64,000 nucleotides of DNA, taken from assembly GCA_964553965.1 (NCBI GenBank), contig CAZKMB010000005.1, positions 2,474-66,473 of the forward strand, read 5' to 3'. Numbering within the stretch: position 1 is the stretch's first letter; each line of letters begins with the position of its first letter. Position numbers and translations under genes: made by a program. The DNA comes from an uncultured Bacteroides sp. (lineage in GTDB: Bacteria; Bacillota; Clostridia; Lachnospirales; Lachnospiraceae). Below the pieces are notes generated by a model. That model saw only the letters and a program-made list of their open reading frames with translations. It was not told the DNA's origin and searched no databases. Of the stretch, positions 37,670 through 48,118 are shown piece by piece.

Positions 37670-40009
37670 ATGGAGATACCATATACATATTTTGAAGATG
37701 AAGTCCGAGAGGGCTTTTATATACCGGGAATTGTAAAACGTGCCTGGGCAGCACAGATAGAAGTTCTGAATATAATAGATGGGATATGTAAAAAACATAA
37801 TATAAGATGGTTTGCAGATTGCGGAACATTGCTTGGTGCCGTAAGACACAAGGGATATATACCTTGGGATGACGACTTGGATATATGTATGCTCAGACCG
37901 GATTATATAAGATTTAACAACATTATAAGGGATGAAATGCCGGAGGAATACGTTGTTCTCAATCTTAACAATGAAGGCGAAGATATGTATTTTGAACATC
38001 TTACCAGAATTACAAACGCTCATAGAATAAATTTTGGCAAGGAATTTCTTGAGACATACCATGATTTTCCATATGCATCAGGTGTAGATATATTTCCTAT
38101 TGATTATATCGCTGAAGATGAGGAAGAGGAAGAACAGAGAAAAGAATTGATTGCATATGTTATGTCGATTGCGGAAAACATGGATGATGATGATTCTAAC
38201 ATTGATGAGTTTCGTGACGGTATAGCGAATATAGAGGAATTATGTGTAACTAAGATTGATTATAAACAAAATGTTAAGCGCCAGTTATATCAGATTGCGG
38301 AAAGATTATTTGCACTATACAGCGATATAGGCGGTGAATATGTTGCACTTATGCCGTATTGGGTACACAAAAATAATCACAAGTATCCGGCTAAACTTTT
38401 TGACAAAACCATAATGCTTCCATTTGAGTATATTCAGGTGCCTGCACCGGCTGCTTTTGATGCAGTTCTGCGCATCGAGTATGGAAATTATATGGATATT
38501 TACAAAAACGGTGGCGTTCACGGATATCCTTTCTTTGTAAATCAGGAGGAATTTTTGATGAAACAGTTAGAAGAATATCCGTTTAAGTATAAATTTTCAA
38601 ATGAGCATTTGAGCAATGAGCTAAGAAAAAACTATAAAAGTCCGAGGGAACAGGCAGAGGAATTTTTGAATCTTATTGTGTGTGCTCATGGTTCTTTGAT
38701 AAATCTTATAGATGAGAAGAAATATGATGAAGCGAGAGAGCTCCTTACATCGTGTCAGAACGGAGCCATACAGATAGGAACATTGCTGGAGGACAGATAT
38801 GGTGAAGGTTTTGCCACAACTGTAGTGTTGGAACAGTATTGTGAGGTTGTCTATGAAGTATATAAAATGATACATCAGGTTGAGGAAAATGAAGAAAACT
38901 TTATAGATACAGATGATTTAAGACAGTTCCTGAGTGAGGTTTCCGAGATTTATGCCAACAGCATAGCACAGGATATTCCACATCGGAAAGAGATACTTTT
39001 TATAGGAGCAAAGGCTGATGCATGGAAGGGCTTTGACAGTGTATATCGGGCAGTGAAGGAAGATGCTGATTGTGACGTTTATGTAATGCCTGTACCATAT
39101 TATCACAGGGATGCCCTGGGAGCAAAAACTGATATGTACTATGAGGCGGACAGGTATCCGGAGGATTTAAATATAGTAGATTATCGTGAGTATAATCTGA
39201 AGAAAAGACATCCGGATATAATTTTTATTCAAAATCCATATGATCAGTGTAATTACACTACCTGCCTTGAAAGCGATTATTTTTCATCTAACCTTAAAGG
39301 TTATACGGATAAACTGGTATATATACCGTGGTTTAAATTAGATGAAATAGAACCGGATAATCATAAAGCCAGAAAAATAATGGAGTTTTATTGTCAGATG
39401 CCGGGGCTTGCTCATTCTGATGTGGTTATAGTCCAGTCAGAGGGTATGAAAAAAGAGTACATAGAATGTCTTACAAAGTTTGCAGGTGAAGATACAAGAT
39501 ATGTATGGGAAGATAAGATTATCGGAATAGGTTCTCCGGTGGAAGATGCAGAAAATGCAGCAAAAGATACATTCGATAAAAAGAAACTTCTCGGAGAACT
39601 TCCTGAGAAATGGTCTGAGGTAATTCTTAGAGAAGATGGCAGTTTTAGAAAAATTGTATTATACAACACCACTGTTTCCGCTGTTATGGAGCATGGCGAG
39701 CGTATTCTGAATAAGATAAAATCATCTCTTGAGATATTTAAAAATAACAGTGACGATGTAGCGCTTATATGGAGACCGCATCCTCTTATGAAGTCTGCCA
39801 TAATGGCTGTAAACCCGAAAATGGCAGGTGAGTATGCAGATATGGTGAAAGGTTATTGTGAAGACGGTTGGGGAATATATGATGATACAACAGATGCTGA
39901 AAATGCAATGAATATGTGTGACGCGTATTACGGCGATGCTGATAATCTTGCAAGAAGCTGTGAATACATGGGAAAACCGGTTATGTTCCAAAATGTAAAT
40001 ATAATATAG
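37670..40009 (+). CDS. LicD-family phosphotransferase fused to a CDP-glycerol:glycerophosphotransferase/GT-B-like domain
   Basis: LicD motif 'WFADCGTLLGAVRHKGYIPWDDDLDI', 'VDIFPID'; C-term 'PDIIFIQNPYD', 'LIWRPHPL', 'DAYYGD', 'GKPVMFQ'. Confidence 0.82.
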   Translation: MEIPYTYFEDEVREGFYIPGIVKRAWAAQIEVLNIIDGICKKHNIRWFADCGTLLGAVRHKGYIPWDDDLDICMLRPDYIRFNNIIRDEMPEEYVVLNLNNEGEDMYFEHLTRITNAHRINFGKEFLETYHDFPYASGVDIFPIDYIAEDEEEEEQRKELIAYVMSIAENMDDDDSNIDEFRDGIANIEELCVTKIDYKQNVKRQLYQIAERLFALYSDIGGEYVALMPYWVHKNNHKYPAKLFDKTIMLPFEYIQVPAPAAFDAVLRIEYGNYMDIYKNGGVHGYPFFVNQEEFLMKQLEEYPFKYKFSNEHLSNELRKNYKSPREQAEEFLNLIVCAHGSLINLIDEKKYDEARELLTSCQNGAIQIGTLLEDRYGEGFATTVVLEQYCEVVYEVYKMIHQVEENEENFIDTDDLRQFLSEVSEIYANSIAQDIPHRKEILFIGAKADAWKGFDSVYRAVKEDADCDVYVMPVPYYHRDALGAKTDMYYEADRYPEDLNIVDYREYNLKKRHPDIIFIQNPYDQCNYTTCLESDYFSSNLKGYTDKLVYIPWFKLDEIEPDNHKARKIMEFYCQMPGLAHSDVVIVQSEGMKKEYIECLTKFAGEDTRYVWEDKIIGIGSPVEDAENAAKDTFDKKKLLGELPEKWSEVILREDGSFRKIVLYNTTVSAVMEHGERILNKIKSSLEIFKNNSDDVALIWRPHPLMKSAIMAVNPKMAGEYADMVKGYCEDGWGIYDDTTDAENAMNMCDAYYGDADNLARSCEYMGKPVMFQNVNII

Positions 40010-40046
40010 ATTGTGTTTTGTAATTATCTTTGTTTCAGTTTCTCTT

Positions 40047-41228
40047 TTATTTGCGAAATATTTGAGTTAAACGGTTGTCGTAGGTGTGGTATTTTTTGAC
40101 TTTTTCATGCCCGTTTTTGGCGATTTCGGCTCTTTCTTCGTTGTGATTGAGATAGTAATCAATTTTTTCGAGTAAATCAGGAATATTGTCATATAAAACG
40201 ATATCTTCTTCCGGAATGAAATATTCTGGAATTTCGGACTGATAGTTTGATATGACAAAACCACCGGCAGCCATAATATCAAATACCCGTGAAGGGATTC
40301 CGGTGTAATTTGTCTTAGTTGTTATATTGAGGTTGATTTTACTACAGTTAAAAACCTTTGGCATCTCACTTTTATAACCTACAATTCCGCAATTTTTAAT
40401 AAGCGGAAGAGAAACAGGGTTGTTTAAAACGGAAAAATCACTGTTGGTATATATGGAAATAGGATGTATTTTTCCTATTGCACGGATAGTATTAATCCGT
40501 TCGAGGGATGTGCATTTGTAACCTAAATAGAAATCAGCAACTATATCTTTTACGTTAATCTCGTATTCGGGCGGTAATACTAAGCCTGTGTGGGAAAAGT
40601 ATTCATTTGCCAGAGAGTCATCGAGGGAATCTTTAAAGAGATTATAACCATATACATTTAATTGTGCCTGAATCAGGGCAGCCATATAACCGTTTATGTA
40701 TGGCGGGAGATTTTTTGCTACAGCATCATATCTGAAATTGCATTTTTCAGTGTAGAGTGAACCGACAAAGGAAATATCACAATCAAATCTTTCGTGATCT
40801 TTGTCGGTTATGTTTAATTCAGTGCAATCTTCAGCGGCTGCACACATAGGAAGATGAAAGATATGCTCCGGATTCCTTTGACTCATGGTATCTGAAAGAG
40901 CCCTGTCGATAATAAACGCATAATTTGTGTTGTAAGACAGAGCTTTAGAGTATAGTGAGAGCGATGGGGAATCATAAGTCCATGAAAAATATGGTATTTT
41001 ATGAATCTTACACACGCTGGCGATTATTGGAAAAAAGTTTATTGATATACAACATTCGATTGATGGATTATTTAAAATAAAATCAGACAGTGAACTTATG
41101 TATTCAGTGTCATAATCAATGCTTGTGCAGTCCTTTTTGAATATAAAAACATTGTCAAAAAAACGTCGGAGAGCATTGCACAGACCGATTTCAGAGACAC
41201 TGTTCCACTTGCATAATAATATATCCAT
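40047..41228 (-). CDS. CgeB-like glycosyltransferase (GT-B, DUF3880-type N-terminus)
   Basis: 'DISFVGSLY', 'FNCSKINLNI', 'PSRVFDIMAAGGFVISNYQ', 'IAKNGHEKVKKYHTYDNR'. Confidence 0.85.
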   Translation of the reverse strand: MDILLCKWNSVSEIGLCNALRRFFDNVFIFKKDCTSIDYDTEYISSLSDFILNNPSIECCISINFFPIIASVCKIHKIPYFSWTYDSPSLSLYSKALSYNTNYAFIIDRALSDTMSQRNPEHIFHLPMCAAAEDCTELNITDKDHERFDCDISFVGSLYTEKCNFRYDAVAKNLPPYINGYMAALIQAQLNVYGYNLFKDSLDDSLANEYFSHTGLVLPPEYEINVKDIVADFYLGYKCTSLERINTIRAIGKIHPISIYTNSDFSVLNNPVSLPLIKNCGIVGYKSEMPKVFNCSKINLNITTKTNYTGIPSRVFDIMAAGGFVISNYQSEIPEYFIPEEDIVLYDNIPDLLEKIDYYLNHNEERAEIAKNGHEKVKKYHTYDNRLTQIFRK

Positions 41229-41243
41229 TGTATATCTTCCTTT

Positions 41244-42296
41244 TTATATAGCTTCAAGAATAGTGTTTACTAACAGGTCATTTTGCTCCGGTTTCATAAA
41301 ACAAAAGCGGATGTATCTGTTGGAAAGACCATGAATGTTTTCACAGTTTCTTATGATGATTCCCTTTAAACGGCAGATGTCAGCTACATCCTGGGCAGTG
41401 ATATCTTCTCTTAAAAGACGCACAAGCATGAAATTGGCATATGGCTTGAAGAGTTTTATGTCTTTTCTGGTGGACATGGCAGAGTAGATAAGATTCCGCT
41501 CGGTGTATATCTGGGAACGTGATTCTTTGATATATTTTGTGTCTTTGAACATTTCCGTACAGGCAACGGCTGTAAGGGATGATATGTTGTCCGGGGATGC
41601 AACGGTGCTGATAAGCGACAGGCAGTTGCCATTACCTGTTATGGTATAAGAAAGACGAAGCCCCGGTACGGCAAAAAATTTAGACACGCTTCTGAGTACC
41701 GCTATGTTATCGTAGTCGGAAACAAGAGGAACAGAAGTCAGTTCGGTATATTTTTCTGTAAATTCTATGTACATCTCATCTATAACAAGGAAAATTTCCA
41801 GCTCCTTGCAGACTGCAGCAAGGGTTTCCATATCTTCTCTGCATATAACCTGTGATGTAGGATTGTTAGGGTTGCCGATTATAATCATATCAATGGATGA
41901 ATCAAGGTGGGAGACAAAGTCGGCAAGATTAAACTGAAAATCGGTATCTTCGTTGAGTTCGTAGTATGTAATCTCACAGCCGTAATTGCTCAAAACTCTT
42001 TCATATTCCGAAAAAGACGGAACGAGGAGCATGGCTTTTTGGGGAGCAATCAGCGAAGTAATCAGCCTGAGAGAATCGGAAGAACCGTTTGACAGGAGAA
42101 TGTGGTCAGGCTCGCATCCGGCATATGCTCCGATGGATTTTTTCAGGCTGTCATAGTAATCACCCGGATAGCGGACAACGGCATCTAAATTAGATGAAAG
42201 TGCTTTTGTTACGGATTCGGGTATACCCATAGGATTTAAGTTTGCGTTGTACAAAACAGTGTCAAATTGTTCCAGACGTAATGGTGAATTGCTCAT
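41244..42296 (-). CDS. PLP-dependent class I/II aminotransferase-fold enzyme (CobD/HisC-like)
   Basis: 'NLNPMG', 'GNPNNPT', 'LVIDEMYIEF', 'LRSVSKFFAVPGLRLSY'. Confidence 0.85.
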   Translation of the reverse strand: MSNSPLRLEQFDTVLYNANLNPMGIPESVTKALSSNLDAVVRYPGDYYDSLKKSIGAYAGCEPDHILLSNGSSDSLRLITSLIAPQKAMLLVPSFSEYERVLSNYGCEITYYELNEDTDFQFNLADFVSHLDSSIDMIIIGNPNNPTSQVICREDMETLAAVCKELEIFLVIDEMYIEFTEKYTELTSVPLVSDYDNIAVLRSVSKFFAVPGLRLSYTITGNGNCLSLISTVASPDNISSLTAVACTEMFKDTKYIKESRSQIYTERNLIYSAMSTRKDIKLFKPYANFMLVRLLREDITAQDVADICRLKGIIIRNCENIHGLSNRYIRFCFMKPEQNDLLVNTILEAI

Positions 42297-42341
42297 ATAA
42301 AGTCCCCCTAAATAATATTTATAAAAAAAACCCTAATTACT

Positions 42342-42370
42342 TTCAAAATTATAATACTTTGTGTTATAAT
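42342..42370 (+). promoter_or_regulatory. Putative sigma-A promoter of the four-gene unknown operon
   Basis: TTCAAA-N17-TATAAT with extended -10 TG. Confidence 0.5.
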
Positions 42371-42449
42371 GTACTTTGTGGTAAAATACATATATTTATT
42401 ATAACATTCAAACGAATAATATCAAGTTTAAATTGCGGTGAGGAAACAG

Positions 42450-45400
42450 ATGAAGGGTATCGTTGAACATTATGCCAAAGGTGAATTTCAAATTGACAGA
42501 CCAAAGGTTATAATATCAGAAAAGTTTTTAAAACTTAATATTGAATCCGGAACAGAGTACAAGGGCAGTTTCAGTGTAAGCAGTACCAATGATCATGTAA
42601 TAAAGGCTATGGTTTATGATAGCAGATATATGCTTCGTTTTGAAAACCACACCTTTATCAGCAGAAAGTTTGATGTGAATTACACTTTTGATGCAACCTG
42701 TCTGGAAGCCGGTAAAAACTATAAAGGACACATAAGTATCATAACAGATGGCGGCGAGTTTAAGATTATGTATGATATCGATATAACCACGCCGTATGTT
42801 AATTACAATGATAACAAGATAGATGACTTATTCAAATTTGCTACTCTGGCTGAGAGTAACTGGTCTGAGGCTGCAAAAATATTCGTAAGGGATGACTTTA
42901 AAAGAACATTTATCGACAGAGATACCATGACAAAACAGATTTACGGCAGTCTTCTGGAAAGCCATTCCGTTAATCAGGCTTTGGAGGAGTATCTGGTGTA
43001 TGTCCATAAAAAGCGTGCCCTTACGCTTTCCGTCGCCAAAGCTAAGATAAATGTGGAGATGCCTACGGAATTATCTAAGATATCCGTAAACATAAGCAAG
43101 AATACATGGGGATATACCAACTCTACTGTAAAGTCCATGGCAGACTTTATTATTCCCGCACGAAAAAATATAACAAGCTCTGATTTTGTGGGCAACAGCT
43201 TTTTGCTCGATGTACTTATTTCCCCGGAGAATGTTCCGGAGGGAGTTACCTCGGGCAAGATAATTATTGAAAATATATATCAGGTTATTGAGGTTGAAAT
43301 CAATCTGTCAAAACCTAACGCAAAGAGTATTGTTTCTCCAAAAACAGGAAATATGAATCATATGATTAAGCTTAATACGACTAAACTGGTTAAAGCTTAT
43401 CTTGATTATCGCATGGACAGACTTCCGCTTAAGGAGTATGTGTCGAGAACACTTTTTGCATTCAATAATCTGTGCCGCTATGTGCCTGAGGAAGACCTTT
43501 ACAGGCTGGGAACCATGCATATGAATATTATGCAGGGGGAAGTGGAAAAGGTTGAGCAGGAGTTTATGCGTATAGAAGCGGATGTGGACAACTCACTTAT
43601 GGGTCCGAAACAGATGTGTTATCACGCCTATCTGAAGGCTATGATGGACAAAGATGCGGAAACTATTGAAAAAGCCAAGAATATGATAAAACGTTACTTC
43701 AGAACTGAGGAAGATAAAATATTTTATTTCTGGCTGCTGCTCTTTATTGATGAGATGTATCAGGAAGACAACAACTGTCTTTACAGAGAGATAAAAAATC
43801 TCTATGAGCAGGGATTTAACAGCCCTATTATGTATCTTGAGCTGTGCGAAATCCTCAATAACAACCCGCTCTTGCTGAAACGTATAACAGACGTGGAGAT
43901 TATAGCCATAAGATGGGGTCTCAGACATAAGTATGTTTCCGATGAGGTGATTGACGAATTTATAAGACTGGCAGGTTCTTTTAAGGAATTTGACACAAAG
44001 ATATTCGGTATCATGGAGGCTATTTATGACAAAAATAAGAGTGTGGAAGTGTTAAAGAGTATCTGTTCCATGCTCATTGGTGCAAATAAACTGGAATACA
44101 GGTATCACAGATTTTATCGCGATGCTGTGGATGCATCCCTGAAATTTATTGGTCTCAATGAATGTTTTGTAAAGAGTATGAATTTTTCAAGGTATGACCT
44201 TATTCCGCAGTCCGTACTCATGTACCTGAACTATAAGAATACTCTTACAGAGAAAGAACTGGCGTATCTCTATGCCAATGTTATATATAACAAGTCCCAG
44301 CATATGAAGGTTTATCATGAATATGTAACAACTATGCAGGACTTTATGGAAAATATGATTATAAAGGGAAAGGTAAGTGATGACCTTACCGTTCTGTATG
44401 ATGAATTTCTTGATCCTGACACGGTTAATCCTTTGTATGCATCAAAGCTTATTAATATAATTTTCAGACGTAAGCTTGTGTGCTTTAACAAGGGTGTACG
44501 GGCAGTTATTGTCACACATCAGGAGCTGCAGGAAGTCCAGAGAGTACCTATTGTAAATGGCGAGGCGTATGTGGAGATTCTTTCTAATTCAGCGTCCATT
44601 ATATTTGAGGATGGCGCCGGAAACAGGTATGCTGGTTCAATTCCTTACAGACTTGAGAGGATTGTGGATGAAAAAGCGTACATGAAAATCTGCTGCCAGT
44701 ACAGTCCGAGAGATTACAGAGTGCTTCTTCACAATTATGAAAAACTGGGTGATTTTACATATAAACGCGCAATTGAGGTAAATGCCGCCAGAGACATAGT
44801 TAATTGTGAAGAAATATCATATGATTACAAGCAGCAGGCATATTTGAATATCATTGAATATTACCATGAAAACCTTGATGCAGATGTACTTACCAAGTAT
44901 TTGGGGAAACTGGATATAGAGTATCTCAATCATGCCAACGCCAGAACCATAATTGCATACATGGTTGATATGAATATGTTTGACAAGGCATTTCAGTCGG
45001 TTAAGCTCTATGGCTTTGATGAGATTGATTCGGAAGAACTTTACAGACTGGCAAATTATGGTGTGGAGGATTCCAATGGTTTCCTGAATGAGGACCTTAT
45101 GGCAATTTGTATTCATCTGTATAAGATGGGTAAGGTTAATGAGCGTATTTTAGTCTATATAATGAATAACTTTAAGGGAGATTTAGATGAGCTTGCGGGA
45201 CTCTTTAAGACTGTCCGCAACCGAATAAAAGATATATCTCTCCTGGCGGAAAATACATTGGCACAGATGATGTTCTCCATGGGAAATGTTGAGTATATAT
45301 ATGACATATTCTCTGCTTACTACAGCGGAAGAAGTCGTGGATTGGTTGTGAAAGCATTTCTCAGATTTGCAGCAAGAAATTATCTTATTATGGATGTACA

Positions 45401-46016
45401 GACACCGGGAAGCCTGTTTGACTGTCTCTACCTCGAAACCATGAAAGGTAATATTGATGATGAGATATCGCGTATGGCATTGCTTTTACATTTCAGTAAG
45501 ATGGACAGATATACAGAGGATCAGAAAGAGTGGATTTGTCTCAACGTAGGAAGATTTATGGATGCCGGAAAAATCCTGCCGTTTTATAAGAGCTTCAAGT
45601 CATTTATAAAGCTCCCACAGGATGTATTTCTTAAGACATATCTTATCTACAAGGGTGAGCCGTCAAAACAGATAATGGTAAGATACGCCTTTGATACCGG
45701 CTCAAGACAGAGTCTCACTTATAAGACAGCCCGTATAGATGAGATGATACCGGGGATGTACGTCAAGGAATTTGTTATTTTCCACGGTGAGAGAATTGTA
45801 TATACTGTGGAAGAGGACAACGATGGTATATCCTATGTTGTTGAAAGTGAGTCACTTAAGACAAAGGCATTTAACAAGAAGGATAAGAACAGATTTGAGA
45901 TTATAAACAGCATGCTTGTTAATCAGGAAATGCGGGAGGATAATGAGCTGTTAGAAACACTGGATGTTTATTTAAATACAGTTCACTTATTTGAAGAGAA
46001 TCTTTCGATTCTATAG
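42450..46016 (+). CDS. Large conserved hypothetical protein (recalled as DUF5717-type): beta-rich N-terminal domains, long helical-repeat body, beta-rich C-terminus
   Basis: 1188-aa uninterrupted ORF; no catalytic motif recognised; DUF name from memory only. Confidence 0.75.
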   Translation: MKGIVEHYAKGEFQIDRPKVIISEKFLKLNIESGTEYKGSFSVSSTNDHVIKAMVYDSRYMLRFENHTFISRKFDVNYTFDATCLEAGKNYKGHISIITDGGEFKIMYDIDITTPYVNYNDNKIDDLFKFATLAESNWSEAAKIFVRDDFKRTFIDRDTMTKQIYGSLLESHSVNQALEEYLVYVHKKRALTLSVAKAKINVEMPTELSKISVNISKNTWGYTNSTVKSMADFIIPARKNITSSDFVGNSFLLDVLISPENVPEGVTSGKIIIENIYQVIEVEINLSKPNAKSIVSPKTGNMNHMIKLNTTKLVKAYLDYRMDRLPLKEYVSRTLFAFNNLCRYVPEEDLYRLGTMHMNIMQGEVEKVEQEFMRIEADVDNSLMGPKQMCYHAYLKAMMDKDAETIEKAKNMIKRYFRTEEDKIFYFWLLLFIDEMYQEDNNCLYREIKNLYEQGFNSPIMYLELCEILNNNPLLLKRITDVEIIAIRWGLRHKYVSDEVIDEFIRLAGSFKEFDTKIFGIMEAIYDKNKSVEVLKSICSMLIGANKLEYRYHRFYRDAVDASLKFIGLNECFVKSMNFSRYDLIPQSVLMYLNYKNTLTEKELAYLYANVIYNKSQHMKVYHEYVTTMQDFMENMIIKGKVSDDLTVLYDEFLDPDTVNPLYASKLINIIFRRKLVCFNKGVRAVIVTHQELQEVQRVPIVNGEAYVEILSNSASIIFEDGAGNRYAGSIPYRLERIVDEKAYMKICCQYSPRDYRVLLHNYEKLGDFTYKRAIEVNAARDIVNCEEISYDYKQQAYLNIIEYYHENLDADVLTKYLGKLDIEYLNHANARTIIAYMVDMNMFDKAFQSVKLYGFDEIDSEELYRLANYGVEDSNGFLNEDLMAICIHLYKMGKVNERILVYIMNNFKGDLDELAGLFKTVRNRIKDISLLAENTLAQMMFSMGNVEYIYDIFSAYYSGRSRGLVVKAFLRFAARNYLIMDVQTPGSLFDCLYLETMKGNIDDEISRMALLLHFSKMDRYTEDQKEWICLNVGRFMDAGKILPFYKSFKSFIKLPQDVFLKTYLIYKGEPSKQIMVRYAFDTGSRQSLTYKTARIDEMIPGMYVKEFVIFHGERIVYTVEEDNDGISYVVESESLKTKAFNKKDKNRFEIINSMLVNQEMREDNELLETLDVYLNTVHLFEENLSIL

Positions 46017-46031
46017 TGTTAGGAGGAAGTT

Positions 46032-47285
46032 ATGGCAGAAGCATATTACATAGGCATGGACCTGTGTTCCGACTCCACACAGATAAGTTTTTATAACGAT
46101 ATCAAAAGAGAGCCGGAAACTGTAAACCAACTCAATAATAAAGAAACATATATGATGCCTAACATTTTATTTTACAGTATGGCTACCGGAGACTGGTATG
46201 TGGGTTCGGAGGCATCGGAGGCAAGATTTAAGGAAGAAGGAGTAATTCTTGACGAGCTCTACAAAAATGCCAGAAATGAAGATTTGGTTGATGTTGACGG
46301 TGTGAAGTACAGCTATAAGCAGTTGTTTTTGCTCATGCTTAAGATGCACATAAATTCATTTTTGTACAGGTATGAGGGGGCTACCGTAAAGCGACTGGTT
46401 ATAACCATACCTGAATACAACAAGGATTTATTCAAGGTGTTGTCCGAGCTTTACAGGGAGCTTGACGTACCTGAGGAATGTATAAGGATAACCAGCCATC
46501 TGGACAGCGGTTTGTATTATATATTTAATCAGAGCAGTGATTTATGGGTGAACAGCGTGGCTTTGTTCGATTATAATATCGAGGGTCTTCACTATTACCG
46601 CATTGATATAAGCAGAGGTAAGACACCGGAGGTTATCAGCGTGACCCATGAGGATTATTCTACCCAGTTTAACATGGCTCTTTTTGCGGGGGATAACATC
46701 TTGATGGATGTCACTTTCGCCAAGATTGTTGAGTATGAGATGAAAAAAACTTATATTTCTTCCGTGTTCCTTACAGGGTTAGGCTTTTCCGAAAAATGGA
46801 TGAACAAATCACGAAATATGTTGTGTCAGGGAAGAAGGGTTTTTGCCGGACAAAATATATATACAAAAGGAGCCTGCTACAAGGCAGTAGGCGGTGAGTA
46901 TGAAGAGTTTTACAGAAGATTTTTTGTGGAGACTAAGGAAAATGTTGTGTTTGATGTAGGCATATCAAGCGGTGACGAGGAGGATAAATTTATTCCTATT
47001 GCCCTTGGCGGAAAGCAGTGGTACAACATTAAGGGTAAGATACATGTAATTCTTGATGACACAGACAAAATCACGATTGTTTACCGGAGCAGGATCTCAG
47101 ATAACGAAATTAGAGAAGTTGTGAAACTGCATGGTATTCCGAAACGTCCGAATAAAACCTCTAAATTTTCAGTGGAGGTGGAATTCGAGGACCCTCACAG
47201 AGGAGCAGTTATCATAAGGGATGTTGGGTTTGGAAAACTTTTTCCTACCACCAACAAGATATATCGCAAGGAGTTTGAGGTATAA
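46032..47285 (+). CDS. Degenerate Hsp70/DnaK-like protein (recalled as DUF5716-type)
   Basis: Ordered Hsp70-like motifs 'IGMDL', 'PNILFY..WYVGSEA', 'LVITIPEY', 'LFDY', 'VFLTG', 'LHGIPKRP...VEVEF...IIRDVGFG'; glycine phosphate loops lost. Confidence 0.65.
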   Translation: MAEAYYIGMDLCSDSTQISFYNDIKREPETVNQLNNKETYMMPNILFYSMATGDWYVGSEASEARFKEEGVILDELYKNARNEDLVDVDGVKYSYKQLFLLMLKMHINSFLYRYEGATVKRLVITIPEYNKDLFKVLSELYRELDVPEECIRITSHLDSGLYYIFNQSSDLWVNSVALFDYNIEGLHYYRIDISRGKTPEVISVTHEDYSTQFNMALFAGDNILMDVTFAKIVEYEMKKTYISSVFLTGLGFSEKWMNKSRNMLCQGRRVFAGQNIYTKGACYKAVGGEYEEFYRRFFVETKENVVFDVGISSGDEEDKFIPIALGGKQWYNIKGKIHVILDDTDKITIVYRSRISDNEIREVVKLHGIPKRPNKTSKFSVEVEFEDPHRGAVIIRDVGFGKLFPTTNKIYRKEFEV

Positions 47286-48118
47286 TGTCAAAGATAATTT
47301 TATGTACAAGTAAAGAAGCATCCCATCCGTTTATTTTCTTAAATACCAAGGTGGAGATAAATAACTATGAGGAACTTTGTTTTTATATATACAATAATAC
47401 AGTTCTTATAAGTAAGTCTGCACTTTCGGAGAAACTGTTTGACTGGATAAGGGACGAGCTTGATATGCCGGAGCTTGCGGCTAAGCTTGTAACCATGTCT
47501 AACAAAACATCCTTTGCCCAGGATTTGTTGGTGGAAATTCTCAATGCCGGTGATTATTATGAACCGGAGGAGATAAAGACTTATGTGGAGGCATGGCAGA
47601 AGTACAGGAGACTTACTGCAAGCCAGAGAAAGAAACTTAAAGCTGATGGGTATCTCGGTTACAGAAGATATATCAAGGCTGCATCCATATATGATGATAT
47701 AATAGCAAATCAGGAGGACATAACCGATAAGGCGTTTCTTGGAAATGTATATCACAACAGAGCTGTTGCCGCGGCAAATAATCTTGATACAGAGGATGCA
47801 AAGGCGTATTTTCTTAAGGCATTTGAGCTGAACAACAACGAGGAATCACTTAGAGGGTATCTCATTGTGTTTGCTGCAGGAAATGATTCCGCAACCATTA
47901 GGCAGGAAATGCGAAAATACGATTTGGACGATGACAATTTTGAGAATCTTATGCTGGAGATTGGAGATTCAAACGAAGATGTCAGGGAAATGACTATATT
48001 TTCCATGCTGCAGAGAGCGGTATACAATCGAATGAATAAGGATATGATTGATTACGATAAGAGGATGGATATTATCCTGGGACAACTAAAGGACGAATTT
48101 AGGGAGCAGGCGATTTAA
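47285..48118 (+). CDS. TPR-containing hypothetical protein
   Basis: 'ADGYLGYRRYIKAASIY', 'GNVYHNRAVAAANNLDTEDAKAYFLKAFELN'; TAATG coupling on both sides. Confidence 0.7.
   Translation: MSKIILCTSKEASHPFIFLNTKVEINNYEELCFYIYNNTVLISKSALSEKLFDWIRDELDMPELAAKLVTMSNKTSFAQDLLVEILNAGDYYEPEEIKTYVEAWQKYRRLTASQRKKLKADGYLGYRRYIKAASIYDDIIANQEDITDKAFLGNVYHNRAVAAANNLDTEDAKAYFLKAFELNNNEESLRGYLIVFAAGNDSATIRQEMRKYDLDDDNFENLMLEIGDSNEDVREMTIFSMLQRAVYNRMNKDMIDYDKRMDIILGQLKDEFREQAI

Noticed and set aside
37529-38062. 177-aa minus-strand ORF with 'CAAPRLAARS' repeats
   Set aside because: Shadow of the 30-bp DNA tandem repeat and of the LicD gene on the opposite strand.
41244-42296. Assigning cobD or hisC as gene symbol
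   Set aside because: The fold is clear, but no cob/his context or diagnostic residues allow a specific call.
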